Assembly (NCBI RefSeq): GCF_009914755.1
Contig: NC_060937.1
Origin: the human T2T-CHM13v2.0 reference genome, Homo sapiens
DNA: 64,000 bases
Strand: one strand, 5' to 3'
The stretch's first letter is position 1; each line of letters opens with the position of its first letter. Under the pieces are notes generated by a model. That model was given only the letters and a program-made list of their open reading frames with translations, ran no database searches and was not told where the DNA came from. This document shows, piece by piece, positions 48,401-61,840 of this stretch. The position numbers and the translations under genes are program-made.

Positions 48401-49420
48401 TTTTAACGGGCTAAGGATGTAAATAGACAGTTCACCAAAGTAGATATAAAAATGGCCAATAAGCACATGAAAGGATTCTCAACATCATTAGTCATGAGAG
48501 AAACACAAATCAAAACTACAATGAGAGACCACTTGGTGATACCCACGAGGATGACTAGAATAAGAAAGACATGTGGTAGTAAGTTTCGGCGAGCATGTGG
48601 AGCAGTTGGAAAGGAACCCTCAACACACAGCTGGCAGGAGCAGAAACTGGCTTAGCCACTTTGGAAAACAGCGGACAGTTTCTTAAAAGGTCAGACATAC
48701 AGTTACCATATGACCCAGGAATTCTACTTTCTCTTAAGTATATGCCCAAGAGAAATGAAAACCTATGTCCATATAAAAACCTGTATTGAATGTCCACGGC
48801 AGCATTTCTCATAATAGCCACAAAGTGGAAACCAGCCAGGTGTCCATTAACTAACAATGGACAAAATGTGACCTATCCATACAATAGAATATAATTTGGC
48901 AATAAAAAAGAATAAGTATGGATAGGTGCTACAACATGAATGAATCTTGAAACATACTAAGTGAAAGAAGGCAGTCAGAGAAGACTACCTATTGCATGGT
49001 TCCATTTATACATTCCAGAATAAGCAAATCTATAGAGGCAGAAGGTAGAATAGTGGTTGCCTAGGTCTGGAGGGTTGGGGAAACGGGAGTGACTTGCTAA
49101 GAAGTATGAGGTTTCTTTTCGGGGTGATACATACCTTCTTTTTTTGTTGTTTTTGAGACAGTCTTGCTTTGTCATCCAGCCTAGAATGCAGTGGTGCAAT
49201 CACAGCTTACTGTAGCCTCAAACTCCTGGGCTCAAGTGATCCTCCCACTGCAGCCTCCCAAGCAGCTGAGACTACAGCTGTGTGCCACCACGCCTGGCTT
49301 ATGTTCTAAAATTGATTGTGGTAATGGCTGTACAACTCTATGAATACACTAACAGCCACTGAATTGTACACTTAGGTAAACTGTATGTCATGTGAACTTT
49401 ATCTCATTAAAGCTGTTATC
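48400..49420 (+). mobile_element. Second old L1 (L1MB/ME) 3' fragment, interrupted by an antisense Alu right-arm fragment (~49137-49298)
   Basis: Degenerate ORF2p MANKHMKGFSTSLVMRETQIKTTMRDHL and QLPYDPGILL; ends ctttatctcattaaagctgtta. Confidence 0.85.
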
Positions 49421-49499
49421 AAAATCACAAACCTAAAAATAATTTTCACCAAAATGATTTCCCACAAATAACAACTAAAGCGATGTTTCAGTCATTAAC

Positions 49500-50000
49500 T
49501 AGAATAGTTTTTAACTTTTTATTGTGGAAATATTCAAATATATACAAATGTAAAGAGAGTAGTATAAAGAACTCCCATATACTCATCAATCAGCTCCAAA
49601 AATTGTCAGTGTTTTAGGGTGCTTTTCCCCCCTACACTTTATTAAAAAAATTTCAAGCATCAGAAAAGTTGGAAGATTGTACAGTAGAAACCAATATACT
49701 ATACACACCTCCTATATTCTCCCATTAATGTTTACTCTGCCTGACTTAATCTGTATCTGACCATCCATTCGTCCCTCTCTCCATCCATCGATTTGCTTTG
49801 TATTAATATATCCATTTCAAAGTAAATTGCAGACAGCAGTACACTTCCCCTTAGGTACTCCTGCACGCATATGAATGACTAGAGTTCAATATTTGTTTAC
49901 AGTTCTCTTTGTGTTTTTGAGGTGAAATTTATATACAATGAAATGCACAAATTTAAAGTATATGTTCTATGAATTCTGACAAATGTTATAGGTTTGCATG
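49500..50000 (-). mobile_element. Old L1 3' fragments
   Basis: tttttattgtggaaatattcaaatatatacaaa; ttgaggtgaaatttatatacaatgaaatgcacaaat. Confidence 0.6.
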
Positions 50001-53000
50001 ACTCAAAGCCGTTGTTCTAACATCTTTAAAAAATATTTTTAATTTGTTGGAGACCTTCAAAACAAATTCTTTTCATAGGTTTATTGTGTTTTAGTGTTGG
50101 AGTTTTTTGGTAAGGTTTTCTCTTTTTCAATTATATCTCTGAAGGGCAGAAATACCAATTATATATTATAAGCTACCCATCTATACACATCCTCAGCCTT
50201 CTTAGTCTTTTGAATGAAAGCCAATTTAGCATTTCACTATAAACCTGTGTTTTAATGTATGTTTCATGATTAACATATCAAAAACTTTGCTCTGCCAAAA
50301 TCTACATTTTCAGAGTAAACAGGGTGCCTGGCATGTAACGCTTTGTAAGATGAATCAGCACATACAATTTTAAGCCAGTTAACCTACTGTATGCTCAATA
50401 TTGTTATAGGTTTTCTTTTTTTCAAAAACAGGCAAACTAAGTTTTCTTTTTCATGTGGAAAAAATAACAGGATAGAAAACTCAACACTCACCTTGCCTGT
50501 TGAAACATACTACCAGGTTGTAATAATCTGAGAATTCATTTGCCTTTTTTTTTCAGTGCAGTCACTACAACAGTCTCTGATCATTATTACAGTAAATTTT
50601 TACACATTTATGAGAAAAATCCAATATAATTGACTGGTGAGGATGGTCTATGTCCTAAGCAATGCTGTTTTTAAATACAAATGGATAAAAAGTTATATGA
50701 AAAAGGCAGTCCTTAAATAGAATAAATTCGTTCCGTTTTTTATTTTAAACCAAACTTGATCTTGACATTTTCAATAAGATTTTCATAGAGATGCTCCTGG
50801 GGCCTTCTGCTAAAAATTTGGACCACTTCATGCCCGTGACATGACATCATTTTACACATTAGATGAAATGAAAATCAGATGAGATGGACACATTCAGAAG
50901 GGATAGAATTTACTGTCGTTTTTGAATACGTGGCATGGCAATTGCCTTTTGCAGGATGAAAATATTCATTGTACTTTTCTTTCATCACAAATGTTGTGGA
51001 TCTCCCTGGAGTCTAGAAAGTCTTTCCTATTTCTTAATTACCAAATCTTGGGTCGCACATAGCTTTCTCGTTGTTCCTGTTGCACCCAGGGCTGTCTCTG
51101 CCATTTCCTCTGAAAACAACTATACATTAACATTCAAGGTTTGAGTCGGGGGCTGGGAGGCGAAGGGAAAGGTGATAATTCAGATGTTATGAAACTGTGA
51201 TAATGCTATTATTTAAGGCACTTAGTTGGGTATGTTTATACTTTGTAGTTTTATAAATAAGCCCAAGGGGCTCCTCTTGGTTGTCACAATCCCCCTTGAA
51301 TCTCGTATCCTGTCTGTCTCATCCTATCCGACAGTAGAATTGATGCCGCTCTAATCCCTGGAAGTTTGGAACTAATGAACTGACTGCTGAGCTGCCGCCA
51401 CGGAGCTTGGTCCCAAACTATACTGTACTTCACACTCGATTTATTCTCCAGATGGCGAGACTGTGCCGCCCTGCCACGAGGGACCACCTCTTCCACTGGA
51501 GTGTAAAAGTGGACGGATGTTGTTTTCTTTGCAGATTTGATCATTCTGAGCTAGAAACTTGCGAGGATGATTAGTTATTAGCTTTAATGGGTGCCAATTG
51601 AACCAACTGCACGCATATTTTCTCCTTTAATTTCAGAGTCTGCAGGTTTTGGTGATGGTTGATTTCTCCGCTTTCTTACGTCACCAGAGCGTGTCTCTTC
51701 CCCAGGTGATAGGAATCCAGTCTCTGAAATCATAGCACGCCTTGGTTCCTGGCCCAGACAGAGTCACCTAATACGGTGGCTTATGGATAAGGACAAGTTT
51801 ATTAGCCACTGGTCCACTGCACTGAGCAGCATGGCACGAAATATCGATTGAATGCGGCAACTTTGGGAACACCATTTTTTAGAATGGGGGCCTGCAAAGA
51901 TTGTAATCTGTGCCAACTTCCTCTATGACCTGGGCAGAGTCCACCTCTGGATCAAACATGATCCAGAACACGCTATGGTAATTAGTCTCTTCGAAGTTCT
52001 AATGTAACTGTTGATAAAGGCCTTAATTCCATTTCCAGCTTGTCAGATCTTGGGGGACAAGTTCATTCCACAGTGAGAATGGCTCACCAAGGCTGTCCTG
52101 TAGTGTTAACACATTTAGAATGCAGTCCCTCTCAAACCTCATTTTAAACAACCTGTATTACTCCTAGGATATAAAAGCCCCCATAAAAGCTCTTTTTGGG
52201 GTGACCGCTTTTACCTTAATTTCCTTTTTCTCCTTCCTCCAGGAAGCACTTACCTCCCAATAGTCGTAGCAGGTCACCCTGAGAGCCCTTCTGAGAGCTG
52301 GGGTCAGCCAGGCAGCCTCTTGCTAATCCACCTAAGATGGATATTGGAGGGATGGTCAGAGCCAACCAGGAGCCAAAGAAAGAGAGAAAGAAAAAGAAGG
52401 AAAGTGTGAAGCGTGAAGGATGAGGTGGTGGAGATGAGAGAGCTGAGAGCGCTGTTAGCAAGAAGTACAGTGTGTGTGGCAGAGAGAGGGAAAAAGAGAA
52501 TAAAATGAACAGAATTTCTTTCTTTTCACAACTGGGTGGACTGTGACTCTCTCGAACTGAACACCCAGAACTAAACTTAATTGTTCTTAGAAACTGCCTT
52601 CCTCCCAACCCAACAGATGGCATGGGCGTGTTTGCTAGCACAGTCAAATACTTCACCCTGAAAATACCAAAAAGAAAAAAAAAAATTCAACATGCTCGCT
52701 GGTTGGGGTAAATTCACTGAAGTTGTTGAGTGTTTTGGGATATATACCAGAGGGATGCACACTTGGTTTATGTAAATTGTAACAAGCAACAGCCGGTTAA
52801 TAAGGGTGTCGTATGGCAACTTACCTCAAAAGCCATCCTCTGTTTTTGGAAATGTACAGAATGATGAAGTGTAAAGAGCTTGGTTTCCATTCTGAGCCAA
52901 AATTTTTTAAATGCTGAGTATTCACTGCTCATTATTATAATATGAAAAGTACTAATCAGATTATGCCTAAAATTGGAAGTAGGTACTTCATTTGCAGCCA

Positions 53001-53505
53001 ATTTCACAAGGGCCGAATTTTGCTAAGTAAACTGGAATGTGCTGAAACCATGGCAATCCGACTTTAGATAAAAATCAAACAGGTTTAGAACATGAGCTTT
53101 GAACAAACAAGTCCCTTCAAATCCAAGTGAAACCAAACAGCTTCAAGATCAGATTTTGTTTGACACCAGCCAACATTAACAATTTAGGAAGTTGATGTTG
53201 CCAGGGATCCTGCGTTCTTGAGCACACATGCAGATTAGAGGATGGAGATGATGACTCAAATAATTTAAGCTTTAAAATGCAGTATGGCCTAAAAAACTGA
53301 GTGAGTTCCCTTCAATTTTCCATTCATACTGTCCCAGTAGACTCTTTGCAAGGCTGACTTAGCTATTAAAAGGGAACCTGGAAGTCACATTGACAAACTC
53401 CAGCAATCTTATCTCGTTTTTTTGTAGCTGCATAGGCTACACAGAGAAGAACATGCTTTAGGTTCTCCACAGCCATGGATCTAAATGTGCCTTCCAAAAA
53501 GCTGA

Positions 53506-53824
<319 letters not shown>

Positions 53825-53918
53825 AGAGCTCAAGTATTTCTCCCAGCAGCTCTAGACAGCTTTAGAGCCAAGATACTGAGCCAACTTCTGCTCTTCACCT
53901 TTAAGATTTTCGTATTTA

Positions 53919-54212
<294 letters not shown>

Positions 54213-55747
54213 AAGATTTTCGTATTTAATGGCTGTAATAAAGAATGCATGGTAGAGCAAGTGGGCGAGTTTTATATCTATGGAATAAAACAAAGGTATG
54301 ATGTGGAACCAAGCCATTGTTGGCTGCATCATCTCTGACTTTAGCTAGTCTGAGCTCTCTCTTGCTTTTGTCTAAGTTGGCCTAATTATTGGCAGATGAA
54401 GCTCTGTAAATCAGGACTTCACAGAGCAGTCCTAAACTGTCTTAGGTACTCTTCCCATCTGACCCGACAACTCTAAGCTACCGTTTCCTCACATTGTTTA
54501 ACTCAGACCACATTTGGAAGCATTCCTTGCTTCTCCCCGCTCATAGACCCACATCTGTCTGGTTTAAATCTGCTGTCCTGGGTTGTCTTGTTGCTGGGAC
54601 TTAGACTCAATATTTGGCTTAAATAATTCTTTTTTGTCTCTGCTTTGGTTTGCTATTTTCCTAGATCAGTATTGCTTTTCAAATGGTTATATATTATTGA
54701 GACCTTTTTTGTAAACTACATTCATCAGCAGTGAGAAGCTTTAAAGTTTTATTAGTATCATAAAAACCCTTCCCAAATGAAACTACTTTTGATAAGTGTT
54801 CATTCTGACAATGAGAATTTGTTGAGGGCTGTTGGCAAGTTGGAGGAGTTGGCTTTTGAAACTGAAATTGGCAGGAAGTAATGACCCCCAGTGCTTTCTT
54901 TCTCTTGACTCCAGCCTCACCCTTTCCATGCACTTCTTTCTCTCCCCAACCCCACCTTCATTGCCCCCAAGCCAAAGCCAAGAAATAACATACTTGGTTT
55001 CATACAGTTTTTCTGGGGACAATTCAAATACTGAAGCAGACTTTCAGCCTTTCAGCTTTTCTGAACTGTGGAGCAAAGCCTGTCAAGTCAAAGAAAAAAA
55101 ATGTATTTGTCAAGCACTTCATGAAGGGATTCCTTGCCTTCCACCTGAAGAAGTGGGAGCTTTTCTTGTAGTACACATTGTCAGATTCCTGTGAGCATCT
55201 TCTTAATTGAATGTCAAGATTCAACTCAGTTGCAAAAAAATAGTGAGTAAAAAAAGCATGATGCCTGTGGAAAAAGAAAAATCCTTATTTTTTCCCTAAT
55301 GTGAAGAAGCTGACAGACGAGATGGCCACAATCTAGATGTTAGCCAATTTCTTATGTTTATTAAATGAGAAAGTGCAGGGAAAGAACATAGAACCATGCT
55401 TAGCACTTAATGCTCAATCAGTGAAAACTTACCCATTAACTATTTTCCCCTTCCCATTGGGAAGTAATGCTAATGAGAAAGACGACACTTCCATACAGAA
55501 GCACACCCATGTGCACTGCGGTGCGTCTCGGCTATGTTATAGCTATCGCGAATGAAACCTAAAAATCAACTGCTCACCTTTCAGACTGGATGACTCCTTT
55601 CAAATATTATTTATTTGGTGGACAGGAAATGTGTAGATAGAATAATGGTGCTCAGACTCTGAATCCACATAACAGTTTCATCAACCATTTGATGGTGCTC
55701 CCCTCAATGATAAAAATAAACAATAAACTTTTTATTGACACTTACAG

Positions 55748-55936
55748 AATGAAGCTCGACTGAGAATTGTAAAAACTCTTGAAGACATTGATCTGGGCCC
55801 TACTGAAAAATGTGTGAGAGTCAACTCAGTTTCCAGTGGTCTGGCGGAAGAAGACCTAGAGACCCTTTTGCAATCCCGGGTCCTTCCTTCCAGCCTGATG
55901 CTACCAAAGGTGGAAAGTCCTGAAGAAATCCAGTGG
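55748..55936 (+). CDS. CLYBL: CLYBL coding exon (canonical exon 3), 189 nt, phase 0-0, N84-W146
   Basis: Acceptor cttacag|AAT and donor TGG|gtgagt. Translates NEARLRIVKTLEDIDLGPTEKCVRVNSVSSGLAEEDLETLLQSRVLPSSLMLPKVESPEEIQW, with the CitE/HpcH-family VRVN and LPKVES motifs. Confidence 0.97.
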
Positions 55937-56939
55937 GTGAGTAGCTAATGCTTTGCCTTAAGACTCAGGAGCAGCTAAGGAGGAGTAGCAGGAAGAAGGG
56001 ATCTGGGTGCCACAGGTTTGGAAAATGCATGCAGAGAGCAGAGAGGAAGGGAATTGAGAAAAAGCAGTAAGCTCAAGTATCCGTTTCTTTTACACAAGGA
56101 AAACTCGCCTTTGCCCAAAGTGTTCTATGAAACAACTGCACTTTTGAAATGATGCTTCGCTTCCTAATTGGATGTGTGGTTTGGCCAGAACAGCCTCCTC
56201 AGTAGCCCTCCCAGAGTAATCCCTGGAAACTAGGTTGCCCGAGAATCTCATCCCTTCCTCCACCCTGCCCGGCCCTAAGCCAAGGCCTCCACCTGGAAGA
56301 GCAGTGACGTAAATGGCCCTTACTGAGATTCATCTGAAATCATCCCAGGCAGGGAGGGCACATTTGCCGCATATGAAAAAATGAACCCAAAGAAGGGGAG
56401 GAAAAGGTCACTCTTTAGGGCAACTGGAGGAATGAACAGGAAGCTTTTAACTAGTGGTTTCAATTAGCACTGATATTATTTCCTGAACAGTTCTCTAGTG
56501 CATCCTTTTTAAATTGCTGACAGGTGTGTTTGTGTTTCATGACAGACTTTTCAGCCAATAAAAACCTGAAATGTAAAGTGGTTGGCATGTCAAATTACTT
56601 AAGAAAACTTTTGAAATAGGCCTAATTACACTATGATTGTTTTAATTGACAAAGGGTGGAGGGGCTAGATTTTATTTGAGGGTCGCTATTATTCTGCAGA
56701 TCTCTACTGAATAAAATAACATTTCACTGTGTTGTTCTGAGACAGAAAATGTGTCATTCTGGGCCCTGTGAGGTGTGAAAACTGGAAGCGTTTGTGGTCG
56801 GGGCGAGTGGGCAGTGGTGGTTTCATGGAAGCCACATCTAGTATTATCTCTGAGGCTGTGGCTGCCACCACAGCAATACCCTGAGTTGTTGTAACACCTA
56901 CGAAACTGCTCACCTGCTGAATGCACCCGATGTGTGAGG

Positions 56940-57269
56940 TCTGCGTTGCCCAGTGCCACGGCCACTATGACATGTGGCTTCTGAGCATTGAAACGTGGCC
57001 AGCACAAATGGAGATGTGCTGGAAGTGCAAAATACACACTCGATTTTGAAGACTCGGGACTCACTGAGGGGACAAAAAGAGAATGTAAACTATCTCGATA
57101 ATTTTTATATTGATTACACATTGAAATAATATTTGGGATCTATTGGGCTAAATACAAGATACTATTAAAATTAAATTCACCTGTTTCAGTTTACCCTCAA
57201 TGTAGCTACGAGATAATTTAAAATTATTATATGTAGCTGCTGCTATACAGTTTCTTTTGGACAGCTCTG
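56940..57269 (-). mobile_element. MER33 (hAT-Charlie) DNA transposon
   Basis: catgtggcttctgagcattgaaacgtggcc...ttttatattgattacac...ttggacagctctg terminal inverted repeat. Confidence 0.82.
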
Positions 57270-58827
57270 TGTTGGATCCTTCTTGAAGACCCGTATTCAA
57301 GGACCAGTTATTTATTGACTAAGCTGGAGTTCTTCTCTCCAGGGTTACCCTCAGAAGCTGGGAGATACTAGTTAAGAGTATGTTAATATCCTGGAGGGTC
57401 CTGAGCCCATTCAGATATGTCTTAAGTTGATTGAAATGGACTCTGAAGTCACTGTTCCCTTTTGGTTTCATAGTTAATGCCTATTTATCACCGTTATTAC
57501 CTTTAACTTAAGATGGGGGAGGGGGAGACCCAGCCAGCCTTCCGCTATGGCTTCTGTTCACTGTTTTAAATCCTTGGAAGTGAGACACATACAGAAATTT
57601 AAATAGAACTTCTAGTTAACAGAAGTCCTTTTGGCTGTTTATTTTTTCCTCTCCGTTTGTATTTATGCGAAGCATAAAACCCAGAGCCTGATGCACAACT
57701 GAAAGATGGGCTTACTTGTTTTCTTTTGTGTGAGAATCTCTTGCTCGCCTTTTGTCGCTAGTGTGGGTTCTTGTTTGACTGGCACGGCTTATTGGACTAT
57801 AACAAGCATAACCCTGCCTCCTTTGTCATGGGACAATTCTCCCACAAATCCCGAACAGTGTGCATTCTTCCAACACACTATTGGGTGTGCACTGGAATTG
57901 AAAGAATCGCTGAGCCCTGCTACTTCATCTCCTCCCCAATCTCTTTGTGATTTCTCCCCCTTCTTCTCCTCCCCCTACCCCAGTCCCCTCCACCTCGCTG
58001 AAATGAACACTTTACCAGGCCGGAAACATTTAATCGTCTCCTTTTGAAAAAATTAATTGAAACTTCTCCACTAGTTACCTTTTGTGTTAGTACTTAGTGC
58101 AATTTTTTAAGAAAGAGGGGGAGGAGGAGGAGGAGGAGGATGGGCTAGAATATTTAATTTTTAAATGCCCCTATTGGCTTAAAAACAAAAGGCATTGGGG
58201 TGTTCTCACTAAGAACAGGGAATATATTGTAAAGTGTTGACTTGGTTTTAAAGTCCATGATTTTTGTAGTTATAACTGTCATCACAAAGAATGGGGCAAG
58301 TCACTTCACAAGTTTTCTTTTTTAATGAGAAAAAATATCCCTACTACATTTTTAACACCAAAACCACTAATACTGTGCTACCACTTTCTAGCATAAATGA
58401 GAAATAAATTATATTTTATTTTCATCTACATCAAATACTATACATTTTATCCCCTTAAATTGTCACCCCCTGCTCCTTCTTGCTATTTTGGTTGAGTTAT
58501 TCCTTCCCTTGAAAAGTTACTAAGGAGGTGATGATGATGCCCTTTGAAGGGGGGGCAGTGGGAGCAACTGGGAATAATTCTTCATTACTGAAAGCTGTGA
58601 TTTATTTTAGCCTAATTGTAAAGTTACTGCAAATTGCTCAAAAGCTTTTTAAAGATCCCAGTGATTAGATTTTTTAGGGGGGTGGTGCACCGGCAAGGAG
58701 GGGGCAGCTAGAAGGGGAAATAACACCTCTAATCCCGCTTCTGGTAAATAGGCTGCCAGCTTTTCAAATGAGTTTCCTTTCTATTAGTCAGAATATTATG
58801 CTAAGCCTTAAGCATTAGTTTTTTTAT

Positions 58828-58841
58828 GTTGCCATAGCAGC
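58828..58841. promoter_or_regulatory. RFX X-box-like motif GTTGCCATAGCAGC
   Basis: Near match to the palindromic X-box GTTGCCATGGCAAC, in unique sequence; function untested. Confidence 0.5.
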
Positions 58842-59877
58842 CTTATTCCTGCAGGGTGGTGACCTGTGATGATTACAGTACAAAGCTTATAGGGTCTTGA
58901 AACCCCCTTTGAAGATGAAAAGTCTTTGATGGTTTATATTTATGCAAATCTCTTAGATATGATTTACCCAACTGAGACTGAATGGAGAGATGATTAAAAT
59001 TCCCTTTTCCTTTGATATCTATTAATGGCTGAATATTCCTTAAATTTAAAATGGATATATATGTTTTCATCTTTATTTACAAAAATACCTTTATCATACC
59101 TGTGTTTCTTCTCTATCTATCTCCCCACATCTTATTAGATCTAGATAGACATAATAGATTTACAATTTAGAGTGTGTTTTTTTCCCCCTTTTGAAGAGGG
59201 GGAGGAATCTGGGCAAGAGCTTTTGTATGTTTCCAGATGATAGATTTTGGAATTTGGGCTACCCCACTGGCAGCACAGAGCTAGCTGTGAACTGGTCTCA
59301 TGGAAAAAATTGGCGAGCTTTGGTCTTCAAAGAATTAAACTTCCTTTTTAAGGTCTTCCTAGGTAAGCTAAAAAATTATGAAGAAAAACCTTCTGAACAA
59401 AGGGTAATGGTGCTATAATGAATAATATGGACTCCACGTAGAAGGCTGCTGAACAGTTGCACTGATGTCAGTGCTGGGCACGAAACAAAAACAGAATGGC
59501 AGGTAGAGGAAGAGTTCATTGTTTTAAGGGCCTACCATTTGCATTTAACGAAGCGAGGGCAAGAGGTCTTAAGTAAATGCGTTTTCAGGGAAAGCGTTTA
59601 TACTCTCTCCTTCCAGTTCTAACTCCTAGGCCTCAAGTTGCTCCTTTGGGAGAAAAAAATTGTAATGCTTAGGATTTTACTATTTAGTTTGGTGGGAACT
59701 TCATTACCTTTTTCTTTGGACTTTCTTCTTATTTTTTTAAAAAAATTCTTTTGTGTGGACGAAAGAGGCTTGGATATTACTTCCTCAGGTCAAAGACTTA
59801 AATACTACTTCTGGGTCTACATTTCCGTGATTGTACATTTTTTCCCCACTAATCACCTATGACACTTCTGATTTTAG

Positions 59878-59979
59878 TTTGCAGACAAATTTTCATTCCA
59901 CTTAAAAGGCCGAAAACTTGAACAACCAATGAATTTAATCCCTTTTGTGGAAACTGCAATGGGTTTGCTCAATTTTAAG
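59878..59979 (+). CDS. CLYBL: CLYBL coding exon (canonical exon 4), 102 nt, phase 0-0, F147-K180
   Basis: Acceptor attttag|TTT and donor AAG|gtaagg. Translates FADKFSFHLKGRKLEQPMNLIPFVETAMGLLNFK, containing the CitE 'ET..G' metal-ligand Glu. Confidence 0.97.
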
Positions 59980-61688
59980 GTAAGGAAGCCATAATACGGT
60001 TAATAAGTTAGCATTTTATTTATCACCTAAAGAGAACTTTTGCTTTCAATTTTAACATCTTCTTAAAATGTGTTTCTAGAAAGATTTATAAGCAAAGGAA
60101 ATGTTGAGCACCATTTGTTATCTGTAATAGTCCAAAAACCAGGTTGCCAGCATCTTAGAAAACAATGAAATCAGTTAGGTAGAAGGAAAAGCTTCCCAGT
60201 CCAAAATATTTAAATGAAGCATTTGTATATTCCTAGTAACAATTTTAACTAATCACTGTGTAATTATATGCTTTGAATTATTGCATTTATAGACTAAATG
60301 TACATGAAAATTTGTCACCCTTATGAATTAACTTTGAAATGTTCTTTTCAGTGGGAAATGTTCTGCCCTCTCTGTAGCAACATTATCAGTAATGTCTAGC
60401 AGAGAAGATTATTGTTTGTAAGTTCATGCACACAAATAATTTGCAGTACAGTTTTTCAGTTTGCCACATTAGAATATCTTCTAATATACATGCGGGAATA
60501 TTGGCTGAGCCAAGTGTTTTCAGCCGTTGTGTGGTTGCACTAAACTACCGGCCTTAACAAATTCAGAGCTAGCTCGTTTTTTCTCGTTTATCAGGGGGCA
60601 TTTATATTATTTTCCAAAATATGCCTCTCATTCCACCTGACCTGCGAACATCAATCTAGCACCCCCTTTCAGAGTTCCTAGATTCCCTTCCCCCACCCCA
60701 GCCCCCACAGAGGGCAGGAGAAAAGAAATCACTAAAAACAACAGAAAAAACATAGTCGAACTGTACTGGAGAGAGAAAGTGTGAGCGGCAACTTTGAGGC
60801 CTTGGGATGTGCAGAAGGGGTCGAGTGCAAATGTTTGGGGACCTGCTTCAAACCTTGTCCTGTGAGCAGCTTGTTTACACAACTAACCATACATTCTTCC
60901 AGCCAGCCCCAGAATCCTGAGAATATAATCAAAAGCATATCCCTAAGATGCAACCAGATTCATCCAGTGATTTAATTTTAAGCACTGCTTCGCCATTTTA
61001 TTCCATAATGTACTTAGAAGCACTTACAATGTCTGAAATTAATCAACAGTGTCCCCACCGGTTCCTCGTTTCTTTCCCACCCACGTATATTATTAGCAGG
61101 TTATATCTCCACCTTTCAAGATTCACGGTTATGTCTACGACGAATGGTATTTGCCTTGACTTTCATATATAAATGTCGAAGTTGCTTTATGAACACATCT
61201 TGGATGACTTGTTGCATTTTTATTTTCCCCTCCGGAGTTGCAGGTTTTTGTGCTGTCTTTAATCCTGAGACCATGTGCTTGATCCTAATGCAAATAATTC
61301 AATTAGTTTGATTTTAAAATTCCTTCCTTCTCCCCTGTGGTTTTACGAGAGTCTCTTAAAGCAAAAACGAATTCTGGAAAGATATAAATAACTTATAGTG
61401 CAAGCAAAATGAGTTAACTCAAAGTTTCTCCAAAAATGAGATGAACTACAATTTGAACATTATAACTATATTCATATAATCCATTAAACAAAGCAAATAT
61501 ATACAATATACTTATCTTGGATGATATTAAATACCTTTTGAAAGGGGTAAATTTGGGCTGCGTTTTTAGGACTGCTTTCAGCCAAACTGTGTTAAGAGTC
61601 AGGTCGTCCTGTTACTGAAATGCACCGTGCCTCTTCCCTCTGACACACGCGTTTCCGTGAGACTTAGTTCTGTTCTGCTCTTTTACAG

Positions 61689-61782
61689 GCAGTGTGTGAA
61701 GAAACCCTGAAGGTCGGGCCTCAAGTAGGTCTCTTTCTAGATGCAGTCGTTTTTGGAGGAGAAGACTTTCGAGCCAGCATAG
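61689..61782 (+). CDS. CLYBL: CLYBL coding exon (canonical exon 5), 94 nt, phase 0-1, A181-G212
   Basis: Acceptor ttttacag|GCA and donor ATAG|gtgtca. Translates AVCEETLKVGPQVGLFLDAVVFGGEDFRASI(G), with the CitE 'FG.ED' motif. Confidence 0.96.
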
Positions 61783-61794
61783 GTGTCAAAGACA

Positions 61795-61840
61795 TCTCTC
61801 TCTCTCTTTTTCTGTGTGTGTGTGTATATGTGTGTATATA
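61795..61840 (+). repeat. (CT)n-(TG)n compound repeat immediately after the exon 5 donor
   Basis: ctctctctctctttttctgtgtgtgtgtgtatatgtgtgtatata. Confidence 0.9.

Noticed and set aside
58691-58709. CTCF-like motif CGGCAAGGAGGGGGCAGCT
   Set aside because: Mismatches at key core positions; unsupported without ChIP data.
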